From IMG/VR virus record IMGVR_UViG_3300024520_000047, positions 181,875-245,874 of that record: a stretch of DNA of 64,000 nucleotides, one strand, 5' to 3'. The notes under the pieces were generated by a model that was not told the origin of the DNA, ran no database searches, and saw nothing but the letters and a program-made list of their open reading frames with translations. The translations under genes were made by a program, and so were the position numbers. Of the stretch, positions 56,934 through 64,000 are shown in pieces. Position 1 is the stretch's first letter; the number at the start of each line of letters is the position of its first letter.

Positions 56934-56960
56934 TAGTATAAACTAAAAAAACCCATAACA

Positions 56961-57866
56961 ATGAAAAATATATTAACTACAGTACTTTTAATTATATGTA
57001 TCTTATCATTTAATAGTTGTAAGAAATATGAATTTGATGAGCCGTTGCCCACTATTGAGAATAATGAATGGATATTACAAAGTGGTAGGGTTTACGTGGA
57101 AAATTTAGATAATGGTGAACTTAAATATTATGACCATTTTGGTCCTAATAGAACTACTAGTAATTTAGACATTTTTGGTGGTTCACAGAGTGATATAGAT
57201 AATATTAACATTTCTCAAACCTCTTGGTATTTTTCAGATGGTAATTTTATTTTAGATAACTCGGTTTATTATGGATATACATCTATGGGTAGTGGTATAA
57301 ATGTGCAATATACAATAATTGGAGTGCCACCATTTGGGTCTTCACGTAATATTGGTGTTTTAGAATTAAACGACAATATTCTTACTATTATTGTATATGA
57401 ATCTAATGAATCCCATAATGGGGTTAACTACCATTATTTTTCTACATTAACATTTAAACGTATAGGTACAACGTGTTCTACATGCACTACAGAATCAATA
57501 AATGGTTATACGTATTCTGGTATCGTGGGTACAGTTATAGAAGAACCCACCACTTTAGATGGTACTTCGTGGATAATTACTCGTTATGATGAAGGAATGG
57601 CACCATATTACCCTAATGATACACTAACATTTATAAGTCAGGTGGTTTATACCTTAAATAATACTGGCGGATATACTTATTCCCTATCTAATATCGCTGG
57701 TAACAACATGCATAGTTTAACATTATATGATTGTACCACTTTTGGTGGTAACTATAGTGGTCAATTATCTCTTTCATTTATTGAAGCTGGAGAAATTAAT
57801 AATGTGACTATGACTGGTGTGTTTGGCACAAACGGTACTATCCAAGTGTGGATGGAGAAATTATAA
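56961..57866 (+). CDS. Lipoprotein with two beta-rich (lipocalin-like) domains
   Basis: Signal peptide II ending FNS-C followed by KKYEFDE (K/D/E-rich Bacteroidota lipoprotein export signal). Confidence 0.75.
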   Translation: MKNILTTVLLIICILSFNSCKKYEFDEPLPTIENNEWILQSGRVYVENLDNGELKYYDHFGPNRTTSNLDIFGGSQSDIDNINISQTSWYFSDGNFILDNSVYYGYTSMGSGINVQYTIIGVPPFGSSRNIGVLELNDNILTIIVYESNESHNGVNYHYFSTLTFKRIGTTCSTCTTESINGYTYSGIVGTVIEEPTTLDGTSWIITRYDEGMAPYYPNDTLTFISQVVYTLNNTGGYTYSLSNIAGNNMHSLTLYDCTTFGGNYSGQLSLSFIEAGEINNVTMTGVFGTNGTIQVWMEKL

Positions 57867-58019
57867 TTAATGTTCTTCTGAGTTAGTAAAATAATTATCT
57901 AGAGACCCGTCATTTAATTCATACGCGTTTTCCATTTTTTTAACACAATCAGACACTAAGCCCCAATCAGTTTCTTCTATTGCTACATTTAAAAGTTCTA
58001 TGATTTCATCTATTTCCAT
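57867..58019 (-). CDS. Small acidic 50-aa protein (below ORF-track cutoff)
   Basis: MEIDEIIELLNVAIEETDWGLVSDCVKKMENAYELNDGSLDNYFTNSEEH; abuts lipoprotein stop. Confidence 0.55.
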   Translation of the reverse strand: MEIDEIIELLNVAIEETDWGLVSDCVKKMENAYELNDGSLDNYFTNSEEH

Positions 58020-58112
58020 AATTTTAAAAAGTTTTTGTGAATAAGTATTATATATTTTTAGAAAAGACTAAAAACCAGTTTCCTTTTTACAAATTTATAA
58101 GTAAATTATTTT

Positions 58113-59126
58113 ATGAAAAAGAAGGAATTAAAAGCTAACCACCCCGAGTTGGACATACATTTAGTTGACGTACTTAATCTTTTAGACCCATCTCAAACTA
58201 ACAAATACACCCAATTTTTAATTAAAGAATTTAAAAAAATTTATTCTAATTTCGAAAAATCAGAAAGGATACATCCAACCCTACACACCCCAACCATAGG
58301 TAAACTTTTTAAAAGTGGTTCAGTTTTAGAACACCACATTCTAGATTTTATTATTGAAATTTTAGGTAAAGAAAATATACACGCTTTAATAGATTTTAAT
58401 ACACATTTAGAAAATAAAAGAACTCAAATTACCGATATATCTAAACTGGAATCTTTTGGTGATGTACATGAACAACTTGTACTAGCAGAATTAAAATATA
58501 GTAATAATAAAATTAAAAAAGAAGTTAGTACGTTATACGACGATGGTGTGTGGTTAATAATAAAACCATTAACTTATGAATCCTCTAAAGTTTATGGTGC
58601 TTCTACCAAATGGTGTACGTCACAACGAGATAACCCACGACCATTTTATGAATACTCTAAAGAAGGCATATTTTTATATATTATTAATAGAGTAACAAAT
58701 AAAAAAATTGCAGTTAACTGGACTATTGATGGTTCACATATAGAGTTATCGTGGTGGGATGAGGTAGATAATCGGTTAGATTCAATGCAAACTCAACTAC
58801 CAAAACACATACTAGAAAAAATAAAAGAATTACTAAAAAGTGAAAACTTACCTAACCATAATTTTTTTAATAAAAAAGAAAAAAATAAATGTGAAGATGT
58901 TTTAAATAAATATAGTTCTGTAATACCGTCACCAGACGCGTGGGCTGTGTATAATCGTAATACTGAAACAAATGACTGGTATTCTATGAGTGATGGTAAT
59001 AATTGGACTATTAGTGATGAATCAGATGTACACTCTATGGGTGTAGATGAAGTTATTAATAAAACTTTAGAATATAATTACACCTATAAATCACTTAAAA
59101 AGTCATTAGAGGATTTAAACGATTAA
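58113..59126 (+). CDS. Hypothetical protein with YGxxTKWC motif (PcfJ-like fold possible)
   Basis: IKPLTYESSKVYGASTKWCTS...FYEY...LYII, a motif frequent in large-phage proteins. Confidence 0.5.
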   Translation: MKKKELKANHPELDIHLVDVLNLLDPSQTNKYTQFLIKEFKKIYSNFEKSERIHPTLHTPTIGKLFKSGSVLEHHILDFIIEILGKENIHALIDFNTHLENKRTQITDISKLESFGDVHEQLVLAELKYSNNKIKKEVSTLYDDGVWLIIKPLTYESSKVYGASTKWCTSQRDNPRPFYEYSKEGIFLYIINRVTNKKIAVNWTIDGSHIELSWWDEVDNRLDSMQTQLPKHILEKIKELLKSENLPNHNFFNKKEKNKCEDVLNKYSSVIPSPDAWAVYNRNTETNDWYSMSDGNNWTISDESDVHSMGVDEVINKTLEYNYTYKSLKKSLEDLND

Positions 59127-61624
59127 CCCCAATAATGTTTATATGTATTCTCGTTTAAGGGTTCTGGGGTATCTATAGGGTTACTTTCAAACCCCACTTC
59201 TTTAGTAGAAAAAGGACTTTGTCCTTCATTTTTAAAAATTAATACCTCACCTTTATTACTAGGCCCAAACACAAAATAATCTACATTAGATGGATTATAA
59301 TACTTTAACCCGGTAGACTTAACAACGTGTTGATTTTTTCTTTTATAAAAACCATATAGGGGTTTGGCTTGGTACGTATGCATCTTACCACTCTCTTTAT
59401 TTTTAACCTCAATATCAACCCCGCTCACCGCATCTCGTCTTAAACCAGGATTTGCCTTCCAAATAACTTCATACCCATCTCCGTACCAGTCTTTTAAATA
59501 GTTCGACGCTCCAGTTTCATTTTTAATTCCGTACCCCCACGTACTATGATTTGCAGCTGTTAATTTTTTAAGAGTATCACTATTAGGGTGAAATAAATCC
59601 TTTTTATTGTAATATATAAAATCCACAAATTCATCTATATTAAAATTAAGGGGTAAATTATTCTGAGTTAAATACGATTCATAACTCTCAAGTAATATAT
59701 TTCTAACTACTGGATTAGTGTTAAAAAAATTCAGTATAGACCACCCATAATCACTTCCTTTGGCTACTTCAAAATTTAGAATTCCTTCCATGTGCTCATC
59801 GGTTGGCTTACCCCAACTATGATTAATATTTAGGTCCTTATCCTTGTATATTTCTTTTAAAGAATTATCAATAACTTCTTTAACTTTCCCCATCCAAGTT
59901 TTAGGTCCTCTATGTTTCCATTGGTAGTCACTTTTTATGGTATCTAATTTAAAATTATCTGGAATAAGGTGTTGGAGTGTTGGTCTTGTTTCTTTATTTA
60001 ATACAACATATAACCCCCCTCTTTTAGAGGTTCTAAAATTTCCTGCTTGTACTTCAGCCCATTTATTTGGGTCATCTTCATTTCTTAATGTAATGAATTG
60101 TGTGTCTGGGTCAGGTAGACCGGAAGTACCATTAAAAAATAAAATATGGTTAAATTTTCCACTCCCTAAAGCAGCCTTTTTGTACGTAATTTCTTTATAT
60201 TCTTCTTCTTTCAATATATTTTCTTTTGTTTCTGTAGGTGGTCCTAGTTTACGGTAAACATCCACATCTGGTAATAAGGGCATATTTTTAAATTGTTCGT
60301 TTTCTGGGTCGATAATCCACCTTACAAGGATTTTTTCACCCAATGCAGGCATACTCTCAAAACCCATAACAACACCCTTAGTTGCAACGGGAATGGGGTT
60401 CCATGGGTCTTCCATGTGAAGTAATTGAATGACATCTCCTATCTCTACTGGGGGGTTAGTACCCTTACTTTCATTAAGTCTTCTACGCTCTTGGGCATCT
60501 TCTAAAAACTTTCCACTTAAAATAAATGTATATAAACGACGAGCAATAGATTTAAAAACAGCATTAACATTTTCCATTGACATGTCACCATCTGAATTTT
60601 CTATTGTACTTAATGCACTCCGTGTCAATGCGTCTCTCACACTTTGGGCATTTTCCCATAAATAAAGTAAATCTTCATTTCCATATTCATGAAAAAATTT
60701 ATCGTAATCTGGGGGAAAGGCATTATTTTCTTCGGCCCATCTTAATATTTCCCCCGCGTATTCTCCCTTTAAATTAGATTCAGCGTCAGTTAAAAATGGA
60801 GATAAATCAGTCATGATTGGATTATAACGGCCCCAACTTCTAAGTCTCTCTACAAAATCGGCCACCAATATTCGGTCATTTCCTCTAAGGGCTTTTAATA
60901 AATCCACATTACCTAATAATCTTTCCATATCATCAGCCATTGCTTCTTTTAATATTCTACTTTCGTCTACTTCCCCTCGTCCCGATGATTTTAAATTATA
61001 CCCATCATCTGGATTATCAGTTAAATTAATTTTTTCTAAATGCCTTGGAGTTAATAATTCTTCTACCGGTATACCTGCACTTTTTAACTCCATCATAAAA
61101 TTATATAATGTGTTATAATCTTTTTTAAGATTTTCGTCGAGACATTTACCCACACAATCTGGGTCTATACCGTAGTCACCACAATAACATCGGAATTCCA
61201 TTACAATATCATAAAAAACGTCGAATAATAAAATTGCAAATACCCAGTCTAGGTGAACACCCTTTAATATTTGTAATTTATTATCTAATGTTGGGTAAAA
61301 TTCGAAAAACTTAGAACTACGTTGGTGGAATCCTTGTGCCTCCCTTGAAGTGGCAGGTGGGATATCACCTAATATTTCTGAAAAGTCAGGAGTTTCAAAA
61401 TCGGGATTAAGTAGCCCTAGCTTGGTCCCTTCTTTTACCGCGTCATCTAGAATGTATAGGGCATCATCAAAATTTGCTGAGGGGTCAGTAAAACTTTCCG
61501 CGTAAGTACTGGGGTGGTAAGTTTTATATAATTGTCTATATAAATTACCCTTATGTGGTTTCCAAAATTTCTTTAAAAAATATTTGAAGGGTTCTATGGG
61601 TGGTAGTGTCTCGTATTCTTCCAT
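59123..61624 (-). CDS. Multidomain protein with DUF4314-like and C-terminal PD-(D/E)XK nuclease-like domains
   Basis: GDVIQLLHMEDPWNPIPVATKGVV (DUF4314-like); E...D...GVD...TYQAK nuclease-like motif; domains separated by ILKE/LNE. Confidence 0.6.
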   Translation of the reverse strand: MEEYETLPPIEPFKYFLKKFWKPHKGNLYRQLYKTYHPSTYAESFTDPSANFDDALYILDDAVKEGTKLGLLNPDFETPDFSEILGDIPPATSREAQGFHQRSSKFFEFYPTLDNKLQILKGVHLDWVFAILLFDVFYDIVMEFRCYCGDYGIDPDCVGKCLDENLKKDYNTLYNFMMELKSAGIPVEELLTPRHLEKINLTDNPDDGYNLKSSGRGEVDESRILKEAMADDMERLLGNVDLLKALRGNDRILVADFVERLRSWGRYNPIMTDLSPFLTDAESNLKGEYAGEILRWAEENNAFPPDYDKFFHEYGNEDLLYLWENAQSVRDALTRSALSTIENSDGDMSMENVNAVFKSIARRLYTFILSGKFLEDAQERRRLNESKGTNPPVEIGDVIQLLHMEDPWNPIPVATKGVVMGFESMPALGEKILVRWIIDPENEQFKNMPLLPDVDVYRKLGPPTETKENILKEEEYKEITYKKAALGSGKFNHILFFNGTSGLPDPDTQFITLRNEDDPNKWAEVQAGNFRTSKRGGLYVVLNKETRPTLQHLIPDNFKLDTIKSDYQWKHRGPKTWMGKVKEVIDNSLKEIYKDKDLNINHSWGKPTDEHMEGILNFEVAKGSDYGWSILNFFNTNPVVRNILLESYESYLTQNNLPLNFNIDEFVDFIYYNKKDLFHPNSDTLKKLTAANHSTWGYGIKNETGASNYLKDWYGDGYEVIWKANPGLRRDAVSGVDIEVKNKESGKMHTYQAKPLYGFYKRKNQHVVKSTGLKYYNPSNVDYFVFGPSNKGEVLIFKNEGQSPFSTKEVGFESNPIDTPEPLNENTYKHYWG

Positions 61625-61675
61625 CTTCTATAAATAGTTATAGACTTATTTAAAAAAATATAGTATCTTATTCAT

Positions 61676-62020
61676 ATGAATAAAGAAATGATTATATGTA
61701 TATTACTTTTTTTGGTTGGGCAATCTATGGTGTGGTTCCAATTAAATGGGCAATTTCTGTGGCCTGTTTTTAAAAAATATGAAGGTTTAATTATTCTATC
61801 TGGGATTCCTATAACTTGGGTGTTTTTAATAGCGACGAGATACGGTTATTCCGCGTTTGGTGGTTTATTATGGCCTCAAAGATTTTTAGCCTTTGTGGGG
61901 GGAATTATTATTTTTAGTGTCTTTACCTGGTTATTTAAGGGTGAGGGCATTTCAGCCAAAACTTTTGTATGTTTAGCGTTAGCAAGTAGTATTTTATTCA
62001 TACAAATTTTATGGAAGTAA
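61676..62020 (+). CDS. Small four-TM membrane protein (SMR/DMT-like)
   Basis: 114 aa, four hydrophobic segments. Confidence 0.55.
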   Translation: MNKEMIICILLFLVGQSMVWFQLNGQFLWPVFKKYEGLIILSGIPITWVFLIATRYGYSAFGGLLWPQRFLAFVGGIIIFSVFTWLFKGEGISAKTFVCLALASSILFIQILWK

Positions 62021-62100
62021 TGAAATTTACACAATTTAAATGATATTTATAATCGTGACTAGTGACATAAATTAAAGTAAAAAAAAGGAGGAAAGTAATT

Positions 62101-62131
62101 AAAAAAAAGGGACCCTAAGGTCCCTTTTTTT
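62101..62131. terminator. Bidirectional rho-independent terminator
   Basis: A8-GGGACC-CTAA-GGTCCC-T7 between convergent genes. Confidence 0.9.
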
Positions 62132-62216
62132 GTGAAGTGGAAAGTAAAAGAAAGTAATTACCGAGTAGGTAATACAAAGATAAATATCACACTAATTACG
62201 ATAAGTTACTTTTTTT

Positions 62217-62534
62217 CTATTTTTTTTCCTTTTTAAGTAGTTCTACCCACTTTTCTGAAACTATTTTATAATAAAATTTGTCATTTGCAAAATATAAGGA
62301 TTCACCAAACCCTTTATTAATTAATTGTCCTATTAGTGGAGCTTTGTCGTCACCCCACCCAATACTGATGGTGGTGTACTTATTAGTTTTTTTATTTGGT
62401 AGGTCCGATTTAATAGGGTTCATTAAGCGATTAATTAGTTGTGGCTTAGTACCAGATACTTTTAATCCTTTTTCTTTACAAAGGGATTTTAATCCTTTTA
62501 CTGTCATTTTTCTATATTTTTTCTCTGTATTCAT
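62217..62534 (-). CDS. SAP-domain DNA-binding protein
   Basis: MTVKGLKSLCKEKGLKVSGTKPQLINRL is a canonical SAP motif. Confidence 0.8.
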   Translation of the reverse strand: MNTEKKYRKMTVKGLKSLCKEKGLKVSGTKPQLINRLMNPIKSDLPNKKTNKYTTISIGWGDDKAPLIGQLINKGFGESLYFANDKFYYKIVSEKWVELLKKEKK

Positions 62535-62538
62535 AATA

Positions 62539-62569
62539 CAAAGATAAACAAAAAAAATTAAACTACAAA
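62539..62569 (-). promoter_or_regulatory. Bacteroidota sigma-A type promoter
   Basis: TTTG-N19-TATCTTTG on minus strand. Confidence 0.8.
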
Positions 62570-62587
62570 ATTAAATGAAAAATATTT

Positions 62588-62893
62588 TTAAAAATCGTCT
62601 TCGTTAAATGGGTTCATTTGACTTTTAAGTTGGACCATTATCTTAGAATAGTCATTCATGGGACCCACGAAATCATTTCTTACCTTACCTAATTCGTGTT
62701 TCAACCTATCTTGTACCAGTATTCCCTCAACTAATGAAGAAAACACATCCATCGAATCTCTAAATTTCATATAATTTTCGAATAGGGTCTTCATCATGGC
62801 TTCCTCATCCTGTGCTCCTATATTTGGGTCGTCATACCCACCCACCTCATTAAGTAGTTTTTGATATTGTGAATTATTTAATTTAACTTTCAT
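62588..62893 (-). CDS. Hypothetical late protein with KVKLNNSQYQKLLNE leader
   Basis: 101 aa; TATTTAT at 62898-62904. Confidence 0.65.
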   Translation of the reverse strand: MKVKLNNSQYQKLLNEVGGYDDPNIGAQDEEAMMKTLFENYMKFRDSMDVFSSLVEGILVQDRLKHELGKVRNDFVGPMNDYSKIMVQLKSQMNPFNEDDF

Positions 62894-62918
62894 AATAATA
62901 AATATATCTTAAAATTGT

Positions 62919-62950
62919 TTTGGTAATTACAATATTTTTATTTATCTTTG
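62919..62950 (+). promoter_or_regulatory. Bacteroidota sigma-A type promoter
   Basis: TTTG-N20-TATCTTTG, 4 nt before ATG 62955. Confidence 0.8.
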
Positions 62951-62954
62951 TATT

Positions 62955-63410
62955 ATGAAAAGATTACCAAAGAAAATACAAAAAATAATTAAAAGAGAAA
63001 GATTTACTCTGGATACCACCACACCCAATGACCGTTACACAAAGGGGGTTAAAGTCACCTATCGTATTAGTGGAATTACAACTGCTGACGCAAAATGGTT
63101 TAAGGAAAGTACACCAATGGATAAAAATTTGTGTCAGGATATTTGGGTGAATATAAAAGTAAGTGGGGTGGCTGAGACTGGTAACTATCAAGACTTAGAA
63201 AAGAAGCTACGGCCTATCGGTGATGTAGCAAAATGTAAAAGAAGTTCTAGATGGGGGTATAATTCTTTATGGGGTTACCAATACCACAAAAAAATTAGAG
63301 TACACCTTCGCCGTCACACTAAATCTGAAATTGAGAATTTTCTAAAACTAGTTGGGATTCAGGCCCAAGGATGGGTTAATTTAAAAATTAAAACTATCGG
63401 GTGGGAATAG
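62955..63410 (+). CDS. Hypothetical basic protein
   Basis: 151-aa ORF with its own host-type promoter. Confidence 0.65.
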   Translation: MKRLPKKIQKIIKRERFTLDTTTPNDRYTKGVKVTYRISGITTADAKWFKESTPMDKNLCQDIWVNIKVSGVAETGNYQDLEKKLRPIGDVAKCKRSSRWGYNSLWGYQYHKKIRVHLRRHTKSEIENFLKLVGIQAQGWVNLKIKTIGWE

Positions 63411-63411
63411 A

Positions 63412-63759
63412 TTAACGATTCTTTTTAATGTAAGACATTCTATCTTCCATTTCATTTACATCTTGAACAAACTTGTGAACCTGCTCTTCATCTATAAACT
63501 TACTAACTTCATTTAAGTGGTCAACCACCAAACCATGTCTATCATCTGATAAGGCGTGGTTTTCTGGTTGCATCTTTAATTGACCTTGTTGTGAACTTAG
63601 AGTACCCTGCATTCTCCACTCATTTAGTGAAGTTTTTTCTTCCTCAGTATGAAGATTTCTAATTCGTTTAGTTTCAGCAGAAGAGTTATTATAATGTCTG
63701 GGGTCTTCTTTCCTTCTATTATATTTGTGCCCTTCCCAACGTGGATGATTTAAGTTCAT
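63412..63759 (-). CDS. Hypothetical late protein
   Basis: 115 aa; TATTTAT at 63771-63777. Confidence 0.6.
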   Translation of the reverse strand: MNLNHPRWEGHKYNRRKEDPRHYNNSSAETKRIRNLHTEEEKTSLNEWRMQGTLSSQQGQLKMQPENHALSDDRHGLVVDHLNEVSKFIDEEQVHKFVQDVNEMEDRMSYIKKNR

Positions 63760-63812
63760 AGTTTTTATATATAAATAGTGACAAAACCGTTAAAATTGTT
63801 TACATTTATTAA

Positions 63813-64000
63813 ATGGCAGAATTTAGAGAAATTTTAGTAAAAGCTTATACAAGACTCGATGGAACATTAGTTTGTTCACATTTACGAACTATAAAGGCTA
63901 TCCCTAAAAAATCCCCTAAAAAAATCCAGACAAAAAAAATAATAGACCCAAATCAATTATCTTTGGATTTAGAAAAACCTTTAAATAAAAATCATATGGA
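63813..64000 (+). CDS. Hypothetical basic protein, truncated by window end
   Basis: MAEFREILVKAYTRLDGTLVCSHLRT... open to the end of the window. Confidence 0.5.
   Translation, partial: MAEFREILVKAYTRLDGTLVCSHLRTIKAIPKKSPKKIQTKKIIDPNQLSLDLEKPLNKNHM

Noticed and set aside
307-60777. Numerous 60-220 aa ORFs antisense to or overlapping real genes (e.g. 307..510, 33858..34214, 44505..45164, 54727..55212, 55328..55879)
   Set aside because: Shadow frames of well-supported genes, with Ser/Phe/Ile-biased composition and no motifs or promoters
31535-63777. TATAAATA on the plus strand as classic T4 late promoters
   Set aside because: They sit upstream of minus-strand genes; plus-strand late genes show TATTTAT on plus, so the functional orientation appears to be TATTTAT
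1-64000. Alternative genetic code (stop-codon reassignment, seen in some Bacteroidota jumbo phages)
   Set aside because: All hallmark genes are full length in code 11, and TAG and TGA both terminate genes (e.g. 25794, 63410, 39151)

Overview
AT-rich segment of a large T4-related tailed phage, read in standard code 11, with no host-chromosome genes evident. The head module is on the minus strand (large terminase, portal, prohead protease, scaffold, major capsid protein), with gp5-like baseplate and tail-fibre genes nearby. The host is very likely Bacteroidota: several TTTG-N19/20-TAnnTTTG promoters, no Shine-Dalgarno use, a DUF4494-like gene, a Bacteroidota-style DnaK C-terminus and a lipoprotein export signal. 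Accessory content: (1) a ~17-kb, 22-gene locus dominated by cytoplasmic glycosylation and glycan-decoration enzymes (GDP-fucose pathway, RmlB, 7 GT-like genes, 2 sulfotransferases, methyltransferases, SGNH) and followed by a gp55-like late sigma factor; (2) a proteostasis set of DnaK, an N-domain-less ClpC, a metallopeptidase, tRNA-Arg(UCU) and a tmRNA with a non-canonical 22-aa tag; (3) a family of late proteins sharing short leader helices and (L/I)xE prohead-protease-type sites, carrying annexin, peptidoglycan-binding, pre-toxin-like, WYL and nuclease-like domains, which is a candidate capsid-loaded, injected cargo system. Late genes share a TATTTAT upstream motif, the reverse complement of the T4 late promoter core. 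All family assignments are from motif recognition by eye; no database searches were run.
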